Source: Chloroflexota bacterium (lineage in GTDB: Bacteria; Chloroflexota; Anaerolineae; VGOG01). Taken from it: a stretch of DNA of 64,000 nt. Positions 9,497-17,157 of the stretch are shown piece after piece; position 1 is the first letter of the stretch, and every line of letters begins with the position of its first letter. Location of the stretch: positions 7,650 through 71,649 of the forward strand of contig VGOG01000003.1 of the NCBI GenBank assembly GCA_016875995.1, written 5' to 3'. The notes beneath the pieces are model-generated. The model ran no database searches. It was not told where the DNA came from and saw nothing but the letters and a program-made list of their open reading frames with translations. A program made the position numbers and the translations under genes.

Positions 9497-10543
9497 ATGA
9501 CCCGCGAGGAGATACGTTTAACGGCGCTGACCAGCGCCGCCGGTTGAGCGGCCAAAAGAGGGCCCGAGGCTCTGGCGCAGGTCCTGCGCCCATTACGCGA
9601 CATGTTTCGCGCTGAAGAGTTTCCCAGCCTGCTCGTCGGCCTGGAAGTGAGCGACGACGCCGCCGTCTACAAGATCAACGACGAGATAGCCGTGATCCAG
9701 ACCCTCGACTTCTTCCCGCCCGTGGTGGACGATCCCTACGACTATGGGGCCATCGCTGCCGCCAACGCCATGAGCGACGTCTACGCCATGGGCGGCGAGG
9801 CGGTGCTGGCGCTCAACATCTGCGGCTTCCCCCCTGACCTCCCGTCGGAGATTGTAGCTGAGATCCTGCGGGGCGGGGCGGAGAAAGTTGCCGAGGCGGG
9901 GGGCATCCTGGCTGGCGGCCACACCCTGGACGACAAAGAGCCCAAGTACGGCCTGGCAGTGATGGGTTTCGTCCATCCCGATCGCGTACTGACCAAGGCC
10001 GGCGCCCGGCCCGGCGATGCGCTGGTGCTGACCAAACCGCTTGGAGTGGGCATCATCACCACCGCCCTCAAGGGAGGGGTAGCCGATCCAGGCCACGTGG
10101 AGGCGGCGGTAGAGAGCATGAAAAAGCTGAACCGCCTGGCAGCCCGGCTGATGCAACGCGTGGGGGTGAACGCCTGCACCGACATCACCGGCTTCGCCCT
10201 GCTGGGCCACGCTCAGGAGGTGGCCGAAAAGAGCGGGGTGAGGATACGATTCTATTTGGAGAAACTGCCCTTTTTGGAAGGGGCAAAGGGGTATGCTGAG
10301 AACTGGCTTTTCCCGGGTGGCTCTTGCCGAAATCAGGAGCACTATGCACCTCACGTACATTTTGCCTCGGACATTCCAGAAGATATGCAGATGCTCCTCT
10401 ACACCCCCGAAACGTCGGGAGGACTGCTCATCGCTGTCCCATTTGAGAAACTGGAAGAGCTGACCAATCTCTTTGCCGCCGATGGCCAGGAGCATTGGAC
10501 GATTGGCGAAGTGATGGAGGGAGAAGGGATCGAGGTGGTTTAA
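9497..10543 (+). CDS. selD: selenide, water dikinase (selenophosphate synthetase), selenocysteine-containing; TGA 9545-9547 read as Sec
   Basis: The track ORF 9602-10543 lacks the SelD N-terminus. Reading in frame from ATG 9497 gives MTREEIRLTALTSAAG-U-AAKRGPEALAQVLRPLRDMFRAEEF, which matches the SelD G(C/U)GxK active-site loop. 9602-9497 is 105 nt, so the two parts are in frame. Confidence 0.85.
9574..9590 (+). promoter_or_regulatory. candidate bacterial SECIS apical hairpin
   Basis: GGCGCAG-GUC-CUGCGCC lies 27 nt after the UGA. The apical GCAGGUCCUGC resembles the E. coli fdhF SECIS apex GCAGGUCUGC. Confidence 0.5.
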
Positions 10544-10572
10544 GAAAAGCCTCGTCAAGGTCGAGACGGCCC

Positions 10573-10619
10573 AGCCCCAACCCGGCGGTTCACGCTGTTG
10601 GGTTGGGGCTTTTCTTTTC
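10573..10619 (+). terminator. rho-independent terminator after selD
   Basis: agccccaaccc...gggttggggct stem followed by ttttcttttc. Confidence 0.75.
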
Positions 10620-10633
10620 CCCGGCCAGGGCAC

Positions 10634-10661
10634 TTGACATCACGAGCGAAAGGTGTATAAT
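10634..10661 (+). promoter_or_regulatory. near-consensus sigma70 promoter
   Basis: TTGACA-16 nt-TATAAT. Confidence 0.55.
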
Positions 10662-10696
10662 TAGGTATGCCTTAAAATAGCACCTGGGTATGCCTA
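10661..10696 (+). promoter_or_regulatory. candidate DtxR/IdeR-family operator (direct GGTATGCCT repeats)
   Basis: TTAGGTATGCCTTAAAATAGCACCTGGGTATGCCTAT. The left half matches the iron-box half-site TTAGGT(T/A)AGCCT. It overlaps the -10 of the regulator gene. Confidence 0.3.
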
Positions 10697-10715
10697 TTCT
10701 TCTGAGGAGAAGCCG

Positions 10716-11369
10716 ATGGTCACTGAGAGTGCTGAGGAGTATCTGGAGGCGATCTACAAGCTCGGGGAGGAAGGACAGCCGGTTGCACTCTCCGCCCTGG
10801 CCGAGCGTTTGGCGATTTCGTCCGTGTCGGCCAACGAGATGGTCAGGAAGCTGGTCGAGCGGGAGTTGGTCCTCTATGAGCCTTACAAAGGGGTATCACT
10901 GACCCCGGCGGGCCAGACCCAGGCTCTGGCGGTGATCCGCCGCCATCGCCTGTGGGAGCGTTTTCTGACCGACGTGTTGGGCCTCTCTTGGGACCAGGTG
11001 CACGAGGAAGCCTGTCGGCTGGAGCATGCCACCTCGCCCCTGGTGGAGGAACGGCTGGCCCGGCTTCTCGGCGAGCCGGAGACCTGCCCTCACGGCCACC
11101 CCATGCCGACCGTCGAGGGCGAGATGGCTGTCGAAGCTGGGCGCCCCCTGGCCGAACTCACGCCAGGACAAAGGGCTAGAGTACTGCGCGTGCCGGAGGG
11201 AGACGACGCCCTGTTGCGGTATCTGTCTACCCTGGGGTTAGAACCCCAGGCCACGGTCCAGGTTGAGGCAGTGGCTCCCTTCCAGGGCCCGCTCACGGTG
11301 CGGGTCGGGGAAACGCGACACATCCTGGGTCGAGAGCTGGCCTCACAAATCGTGGTGCAGCCACTGTGA
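10716..11369 (+). CDS. DtxR/MntR family metal-dependent transcriptional regulator with C-terminal FeoA/SH3-like domain
   Basis: SAEEYLEAIYKL...SVSANEMVRKL...RRHRLWERFLTDVLG...CPHGHPMP. Confidence 0.9.
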   Translation: MVTESAEEYLEAIYKLGEEGQPVALSALAERLAISSVSANEMVRKLVERELVLYEPYKGVSLTPAGQTQALAVIRRHRLWERFLTDVLGLSWDQVHEEACRLEHATSPLVEERLARLLGEPETCPHGHPMPTVEGEMAVEAGRPLAELTPGQRARVLRVPEGDDALLRYLSTLGLEPQATVQVEAVAPFQGPLTVRVGETRHILGRELASQIVVQPL

Positions 11370-11425
11370 TCGCTTCCTTCTTCGCCGTTGGATTGTGAAT
11401 GCTGGGCAAAAGCGGGAGGGTCTTA

Positions 11426-11668
11426 ATGAGTGAAGAGTGGGTATCGCTGAGCGATCTGGCCCCCGGCCGGGTGGGCGTGGTGCGCCAGTTAGTCGGAGGC
11501 CGGGGGTTCATAAGCCGCCTGGCTGCGTTGGGCTTCACTCCTGGGGTCGAAGTGACGATGGTGCAGAACTTCGGCCACGGCCCCCTCATCGTCCTGGTGC
11601 GGGACACCCGGCTTGCTTTTGGACGGGGCGAGGCGGCGAAGGTGATGGTGGAGAAAGCAAGCGAATGA
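11426..11668 (+). CDS. feoA: ferrous iron transport protein A
   Basis: LSDLAPGRVGVVRQL...RLAALGFTPGVEVTMVQN. RBS GGGAGGG. The stop overlaps the feoB start (ATGA). Confidence 0.85.
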   Translation: MSEEWVSLSDLAPGRVGVVRQLVGGRGFISRLAALGFTPGVEVTMVQNFGHGPLIVLVRDTRLAFGRGEAAKVMVEKASE

Positions 11669-13686
11669 ACGAATCAGCGAATCAGCGAATCGGCAATCAA
11701 ATCACCGTGGCGTTGGCCGGACAGCCCAACGTGGGGAAGTCCACTGTCTTCAACCTGCTGACCGGCCTCAGCCAGCACGTGGGCAACTGGCCAGGCAAGA
11801 CCATCGAGCAAAAGAGCGGCACCTATCATCACCACGGCACCACAGCGCACATCGTGGACCTCCCCGGCACCTACAGCCTGACCGCCAACTCTCTTGAGGA
11901 GCGAATCGCCCGCGACTACATCATCAGGGAGCGGCCTGACGTGGTGGTGGCCATCGTGGACGCGGCGGCTCTGGAACGGAATTTGTACCTGGTGGCGGAG
12001 CTCCTCTCCTTGCCAGCGCCGCTGGTGCTGGGCCTGAACATGGTAGATGTGGCCGAGCGGCAGGGGATGCACATCGAGCCCCACGTGCTGCAGGCGGCCC
12101 TGGGCCTTCCGGTAGTGCCCATGGTGGCGACTAAGAACCAGGGCGTGTGGGAGTTGATGGAGGCCGTGGACCGGGTATCCCACGATACGGCTGATTACAC
12201 TCCCAGCCGCCCGGAGATTCGGGCCGATCACCAGGCGGTGTTGGCTCACATCCAGCAACTCATCGCCGGGGCTGTGCCGGATCCCTACCCCGAGGATTGG
12301 GTGGCCCTCAAGCTGTTAGAGGGCGACGAAGAGATCACCTCCATGATCCAGGAGCGACTGGACGAGGCTCGTTGGCAGGAGGTGCACACCGTCCTGATGC
12401 AGCACGAGGACGCCATCCTGGCCGTGGCCGGCGGCCGCTACGAGTGGATCGGGCGGATGGTTCGTGCCGCCGTGGTCCGTCCCCGGATGGGCCAGGTCAC
12501 CCTGACCGATCGGGTGGACCGCTACGCCGCCCACCCCGTCTGGGGGTTGTTCATCCTGCTGGGGATGCTGGGCCTGGTCTTCTGGCTGACCTACGCCGTG
12601 GGTGCGCCGTTGCAGGAGCTGCTGGACACCTACCTGGTGCAGGCCGGGGCAGAATGGGTGCGCGCGGCTCTGAATGGCGCGCCTGCCTGGTTGGTGGGGC
12701 TCCTGGCCGACGGGGTGATCGGCGGGGCGGGGATGGTGATCACCTTCCTGCCCATTCTGGTCATCTTCTTCGCTGCGCTGGGACTGCTGGAGGACGTGGG
12801 GTACATGGCCCGGGCGGCCTACGTCATGGACCGCTTCATGCACCTGATGGGGCTGCACGGCAAGAGCTTTCTGCCGCTGTTCCTGGGATTCGGCTGCAAC
12901 GTGCCGGCGGTGATGGGGGCACGGGTGGTGGAGGGACAGAAGGCCAGGCTTCTGACCATCCTGGTGGCCCCGCTGGTGCCCTGCACGGCGCGGATGGCTG
13001 TCCTGGCCGTGCTGGCCCCTATTTTCTTTGGCCCCCACGCCGCGCTGGTCTCCTGGGGCCTGGTGGGGCTCAGCCTGGTGATGCTGGCCATCGTAGGCAT
13101 TGCCCTCCACGAACTGATGCTGGGGGGCGAGCACGTGGCCTTCATCATGGAGCTGCCGCTGTATCACCTGCCCAATGCTCGCACCATCGGCCTCGCGGTG
13201 TGGCAGCGGTCGGTGGCCTTCCTCAAGAAGGCGGGCAGCATCATCCTGGTCGTCTCGGTGGTAGTGTGGGCCCTCTCGGTCCTGCCAGGCGGGGATATCG
13301 AGTCCAGCTACCTGGCGGCGATTGGGCGGCTGCTGGCGCCGTTGGGATCGCTGATGGGCCTGGGCTGGCGGATGATGGTGGCCTTACTGACCAGCTTCGT
13401 GGCCAAGGAGAACACCATCGCTACCCTTGGCGTTCTCTATAGCGCGGGCGAGGAGGGGACACGTCTAGCCGATGCCCTGTCTGGGGCGCTGAGCCCAGCA
13501 GCGGCGCTGGCCTTCCTGGCCGTGCAGATGCTTTTTATTCCCTGCGTGGCTACGGTGGCCACCGTCCGCCAGGAGACAGGGAGTTGGCGCTGGACAGCTT
13601 TCAGCGTGGCCCTGCTCCTGGTGGTGTCCTTTGCTGCGGGCATCGTCGTCTATCAGGGGGCCATGCTGGTGGGATGGGGGGTGTAA
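11665..13686 (+). CDS. feoB: ferrous iron transporter B
   Basis: ITVALAGQPNVGKSTVFNLLTG...DLPGTYSL, followed by a long polytopic membrane domain. The track ORF 11437 is an upstream extension. Confidence 0.93.
   Translation: MNESANQRIGNQITVALAGQPNVGKSTVFNLLTGLSQHVGNWPGKTIEQKSGTYHHHGTTAHIVDLPGTYSLTANSLEERIARDYIIRERPDVVVAIVDAAALERNLYLVAELLSLPAPLVLGLNMVDVAERQGMHIEPHVLQAALGLPVVPMVATKNQGVWELMEAVDRVSHDTADYTPSRPEIRADHQAVLAHIQQLIAGAVPDPYPEDWVALKLLEGDEEITSMIQERLDEARWQEVHTVLMQHEDAILAVAGGRYEWIGRMVRAAVVRPRMGQVTLTDRVDRYAAHPVWGLFILLGMLGLVFWLTYAVGAPLQELLDTYLVQAGAEWVRAALNGAPAWLVGLLADGVIGGAGMVITFLPILVIFFAALGLLEDVGYMARAAYVMDRFMHLMGLHGKSFLPLFLGFGCNVPAVMGARVVEGQKARLLTILVAPLVPCTARMAVLAVLAPIFFGPHAALVSWGLVGLSLVMLAIVGIALHELMLGGEHVAFIMELPLYHLPNARTIGLAVWQRSVAFLKKAGSIILVVSVVVWALSVLPGGDIESSYLAAIGRLLAPLGSLMGLGWRMMVALLTSFVAKENTIATLGVLYSAGEEGTRLADALSGALSPAAALAFLAVQMLFIPCVATVATVRQETGSWRWTAFSVALLLVVSFAAGIVVYQGAMLVGWGV
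11667..11703. repeat. stuttered repeat arm (GAATCAGC/GAATCGGC units) inside the feoB 5' end
   Basis: gaacgaatcagcgaatcagcgaatcggcaatcaaatc. It is the inverted partner of 13687-13720. Confidence 0.65.
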
Positions 13687-13720
13687 GGATTTTCGATTGC
13701 CGATTGCCGATTTTCGATTG
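13687..13720. repeat. stuttered repeat arm (GATTGCCGATT units) immediately after the feoB stop
   Basis: ggattttcgattgccgattgccgattttcgattg, an approximate reverse complement of 11667-11703. Confidence 0.65.
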
Positions 13721-13739
13721 TTGACTTGGGGGGTGTTAG

Positions 13740-14009
13740 ATGTTGGAGGAGTTACTGCGGCGGATAGCCAGTGGCGGAACGCACAACCTGTCAGAACTGG
13801 CGCGGGAACTGGGGGTGAGCGAAGTGTTATTGAGGCAGATGATCGAGCACCTGGCGCGGATGGGGTATCTGCGGCCGGTGGCCGGCGATTGCCAGTCCCC
13901 ATGCACCGGCTGCCCCTTGGCCGAGACCTGTGCCGTGGGTGGGCCAACGCGGGTGTGGGCGTTGACGGAACGAGGTACAACGATCGCAGGCGAGCCATCC
14001 CTTCGGTGA
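13740..14009 (+). CDS. FeoC-like winged-helix protein with Cys cluster
   Basis: LEELLRRIASGGTHNLSELARELGVSEVLLRQMIEHLARMGYL...CQSPCTGCPLAETC. Its position after feoB fits. Confidence 0.65.
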   Translation: MLEELLRRIASGGTHNLSELARELGVSEVLLRQMIEHLARMGYLRPVAGDCQSPCTGCPLAETCAVGGPTRVWALTERGTTIAGEPSLR

Positions 14010-14150
14010 TGAACTGCTTCAATCAGGATTCGTAGATTCGTATGCCCGGCCAACGGCGTCCCCAAAGAAATCGTTGACGCTTACCTGCGGCGCAACCCGG
14101 TGATGCGCCGGGCGTGGGAGGAAAGTGGTTACCAAAATTAGGAGGGCTAA

Positions 14151-14915
14151 ATGAACAGCACAGTCGGATTCGCATTGTTACTCTCGACACTGGCCGGCCT
14201 GTCCACGACGCTGGGCAGCCTGCTGGGCATCTTTGTCCACCAGCCCGGGCCGCGCTTCATGACCCTCACCCTGGGCTTCTCTGGCGGGGTGATGATCCTG
14301 GTCTCCTTCGTCGAGTTGCTGCACGGGGGGATCGAGGCCATCGGTTTCGCCCCGGCCCACCTGGCCTTCTTCGGCGGGATGGGGGCCATGTTCCTGATTG
14401 ACGCCCTGATCCCGCACGACTACATGGCCGAGCAGCACCACACCGAAGAAGAGAAGCGCCAGGGCCAGTTGCTCAAGACGGGGCTGTTCGTCGCCCTGGG
14501 CATCGGCATCCACAACTTTCCCGAGGGGATGGCCGCCTTCGCAGGCGCACTGGAGGACCCATCCCTGGGTATCGCCATTGCTGTCGCCATCGCCCTCCAT
14601 AACATACCGGAGGGATTGGCCGTGTCGGCGCCGGTTTACGCCGCCACCGGCAGCCGGGCCAAGGCCTTCTGGTGGTCGTTTCTCTCAGGTGTGGCCGAGC
14701 CGGTGGGGGCGGGGCTGGCGGCGTTGGTGCTGATGCCTTTCCTCAACGAGACCGTGCTGGGCTTCGTGCTGGCGGCAGTGGCAGGCGTCATGGTCTTCAT
14801 CTCGCTGGACGAGCTGGTGCCCGTGGCGCGTTCCTTGGGCGAGGAGCATTTGTCCATCGTGGGCGTTGCCTCGGGCATGATGGTCATGGCCTTTAGCCTG
14901 TGGATGTTGCGGTAA
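14151..14915 (+). CDS. zupT: ZIP family zinc transporter
   Basis: GIGIHNFPEGMA...AIALHNIPEGLAVS, with about 8 TM segments. Confidence 0.9.
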   Translation: MNSTVGFALLLSTLAGLSTTLGSLLGIFVHQPGPRFMTLTLGFSGGVMILVSFVELLHGGIEAIGFAPAHLAFFGGMGAMFLIDALIPHDYMAEQHHTEEEKRQGQLLKTGLFVALGIGIHNFPEGMAAFAGALEDPSLGIAIAVAIALHNIPEGLAVSAPVYAATGSRAKAFWWSFLSGVAEPVGAGLAALVLMPFLNETVLGFVLAAVAGVMVFISLDELVPVARSLGEEHLSIVGVASGMMVMAFSLWMLR

Positions 14916-14950
14916 CGATTCGTTCGTGCGGGAGGCCGGAAGGAGGAGTT

Positions 14951-15814
14951 ATGATCATCGGTGTGATTGACGGCATGGGAGGTGGCATCGGCGCCCAGAT
15001 CGTGACCCAACTGCGGCAGGAGTTGCCGTTGGAGGTGGAGATCCTGGCCCTGGGAGCCAATGCCATCGCCACCGACAGGATGATGCGGGCCAAGGCCAGC
15101 CGGGGGGCCAGCGGGGAGAACGCCATCCGGGTCTCTGTAGACCTGGCCGATTTCATCATCGCCCCCATCGGGGTGGTGATCCCCAACTCCATGATGGGCG
15201 AGATTACCCCGGCCATCGCTGAGGCCGTGGCCGGAGCCCGGGGCTACAAGCTCCTCCTCCCCATCAACCAGCCCCATTTCGAGATCGTGGGCATCGAGTG
15301 GAAAGCCCTGACCAGGCAGATCAGTGCGGCCATCGCCGTGGCGCGGGAGCGGGCCGGGCGGCCCTCACCTGGTGCTCATGGAGAAGGAAAGGAAATAGGT
15401 GGGGACCTGGAGCTGGCCAGGACTGTCCTGCAAGCCCAGGATAAGGCGTTGGTCCTGGTGAAGGACAGGAAGGTGTTGGGAACGGGCGAGCGCAAGGGGG
15501 TGGCCGATTTGCTGGCCCTGGCGGAGCAATTGGGCAAAGAGGCCCAGGGGGCGTCTTTGGCCGACCGGGTGGTAGGCAAGGCAGCGGCGGTAGTAGCGCG
15601 GTCTATGGGGGTGGCCTCGATCTACGCCCTGCTGGTGAGCGAACCAGCCAGGGAGACGCTGGTGAGGGGTGGCGTCTCCCTGGAGTATGAACAACTCGTG
15701 CCCACGATCCTGAACGAGAAAGGCGATGGGCCCTGCCCGCTGGAGAGGCTCGTGGCTGCCATTGAGGACCCCGCGGAAGCGGTAAGGGTGCTGCGGAGCT
15801 TCCTGCAGCGGTGA
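14951..15814 (+). CDS. DUF3842-like N-terminal domain fused to DUF1893 (TM1506-like) domain
   Basis: MIIGVIDGMGGGIGAQIV...GANAIATDRM in the N-terminal part and ...DRVVGKAAA...CPLERL in the C-terminal part. RBS AGGAGG at 14941. Confidence 0.55.
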   Translation: MIIGVIDGMGGGIGAQIVTQLRQELPLEVEILALGANAIATDRMMRAKASRGASGENAIRVSVDLADFIIAPIGVVIPNSMMGEITPAIAEAVAGARGYKLLLPINQPHFEIVGIEWKALTRQISAAIAVARERAGRPSPGAHGEGKEIGGDLELARTVLQAQDKALVLVKDRKVLGTGERKGVADLLALAEQLGKEAQGASLADRVVGKAAAVVARSMGVASIYALLVSEPARETLVRGGVSLEYEQLVPTILNEKGDGPCPLERLVAAIEDPAEAVRVLRSFLQR

Positions 15815-15815
15815 C

Positions 15816-15844
15816 TTGCCAAAACCGGCCTTTTGTGGTACAAT
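15816..15844 (+). promoter_or_regulatory. sigma70-like promoter
   Basis: TTGCCA-17 nt-TACAAT with an extended TG. Confidence 0.5.
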
Positions 15845-15906
15845 TTTTCCAGTCGGCATGAAGCCGATTCTGTCGAGTCACTGCCTATCCAGCAACGATC
15901 ATGAAG

Positions 15907-15950
15907 ATCACCCCAGCCGGCCTGAAGGTCTGGCGACGGGTGATTTTTTG
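15907..15950 (+). terminator. intrinsic terminator inside the leader of the CooT-like gene
   Basis: ATCACCC...GGGTGAT stem followed by TTTTTTG, 20 nt before the CDS. Confidence 0.55.
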
Positions 15951-15969
15951 TTTGAAGGAGGTGAACGCC

Positions 15970-16173
15970 ATGTGCGAGGCCACAGTCTACGTGAAAAGCG
16001 ACGGCCAGGAGAGGGAAATCATGCGGGACGTGACCCGTGTGGAACCTGAAGGTGACAATCTGGTTCTATCCTCGCTCCTGGGAGAGCAAAAACTGGTGCG
16101 CGGCCGCATCGTCCGCCTCGATTTCCTGAAGCACACCGTGCTGATCGAGGAAACGAGGGAAGGAAATCGGTGA
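15970..16173 (+). CDS. CooT family nickel-binding protein
   Basis: MCEATVYVKSDGQEREIMRDVTRVEPEGDNLVLSSLLGEQKLVRGRIVRLDFLKHTVLI, with Cys2. RBS GGAGG. Confidence 0.7.
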   Translation: MCEATVYVKSDGQEREIMRDVTRVEPEGDNLVLSSLLGEQKLVRGRIVRLDFLKHTVLIEETREGNR

Positions 16174-16242
16174 TCAGGGAATGAGGGAATCAGTGATCAG
16201 GGAATCAGTGTCCTGATTCCCTGATTCCTGGTCCCTGATTAC
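16169..16242. repeat. stuttered palindromic element (GATCAGGGAATCAG units and complement)
   Basis: ggtgatcagggaatgagggaatcagtgatcagggaatcagtgtcctgattccctgattcctggtccctgattac. Confidence 0.75.
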
Positions 16243-16261
16243 TCAAGAAAGGGATTTTGCC

Positions 16262-17143
16262 ATGAAGAAACCTTACTTTATCAGCGTGGGTTTGCTGATC
16301 CTCAGCCTGGTGGCCCTGCTGGCGTTTCCCGCCTGCAGGCCAGCTCCCCAATCGGCGTCAGAGACGCCTCCGACGGGGGTGGTCACCACCACCTCGCTCC
16401 TGGGCTCCATCGTGGAGAGGGTGGGGAAGGAGAAGGTGGAGGTGACCGTCATCACCGCCCCGGCCACCTGTCCAGGGGAGGACGACGTGAAGCCAAGCCA
16501 GATCGAGGCCACGGCCAGGGCCAGACTCTTCTTCATGCACAACTGGCCGGGCGAGGCCTTCGTGGAGGGGCTGCTGGAGGCAGCCAAAAACCCAGACCTG
16601 AGGGTGGAGATCATCGAGCTGGAGGGCAACTGGATGACGCCCCCCATCCAGGCCCAGGGGGTGGAGAGGGTGACCGCCGTCCTGAGCGATGCCGATCCCG
16701 CCAACAAGGACTTCTATCAGGCCAACGCCGGAGCCCTGCTGGAGGTCATCCAGAGCCAGGGAGGGGAGTTGAAGGCCAGGCTCCCCCCGTTCCCCCCAAC
16801 TTTGGGGGGCCAGGGGGGCGGCCAGGTCAACGTCATCTGCATGGCGCACCAGGCCGGCTTCCTCAAGTGGGCGGGCTTCAACGTGGTCGCCACCTACCCG
16901 CCGCCTGCGGACCTCACCCCGGAGAAGGTGAAGGAGCTGGTGGACAAGGGGAGGGAGGCAGCGGTGGCCCTGGTCGTTGACAATCTCCAGAGCGGCCCCG
17001 AGGCAGGCGTTCAGATGGCCCAGGAGATCGGCGCCGTCCACGTCACCCTCTCCAACTTTCCCGGCGGCTTCGAGGGCACCGAGACCTGGGAAAAGGCCAT
17101 CAAGAAGAACGTCGAGCTGCTCCTGGAAGCGCTGGGCAAGTAG
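16262..17143 (+). CDS. metal ABC transporter substrate-binding lipoprotein (TroA/ZnuA-like)
   Basis: Signal peptide with lipobox LAFPAC. General TroA-like layout, adjacent to the ATPase and permease genes. Confidence 0.8.
   Translation: MKKPYFISVGLLILSLVALLAFPACRPAPQSASETPPTGVVTTTSLLGSIVERVGKEKVEVTVITAPATCPGEDDVKPSQIEATARARLFFMHNWPGEAFVEGLLEAAKNPDLRVEIIELEGNWMTPPIQAQGVERVTAVLSDADPANKDFYQANAGALLEVIQSQGGELKARLPPFPPTLGGQGGGQVNVICMAHQAGFLKWAGFNVVATYPPPADLTPEKVKELVDKGREAAVALVVDNLQSGPEAGVQMAQEIGAVHVTLSNFPGGFEGTETWEKAIKKNVELLLEALGK
16783..16820. repeat. GC-rich palindromic element inserted in-frame in the SBP gene
   Basis: ccccccgttccccccaactttggggggccaggggggcg, translated as PPFPPTLGGQGGG. Confidence 0.8.
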
Positions 17144-17157
17144 CAGGTAAAAAGGCG

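Noticed and set aside
9593-10633. 346-aa minus-strand ORF antisense to selD
   Set aside because: selD is unambiguous on the plus strand. The antisense product has no motifs.
12297-13442. 381-aa ORF on the plus strand, together with the 283-aa minus-strand ORF 12316-13167, inside feoB
   Set aside because: Both are Arg/Gly/Pro/His-rich frame shadows typical of high-G+C DNA. They overlap the well-supported feoB frame completely.
16169-16242. Possibility that the stuttered repeats (here and at the other listed sites) are CRISPR arrays
   Set aside because: The units are 7-13 nt and directly abut one another, with no 25-40-nt unique spacers. Half of each element is the reverse complement of the other half, and no cas genes are present.
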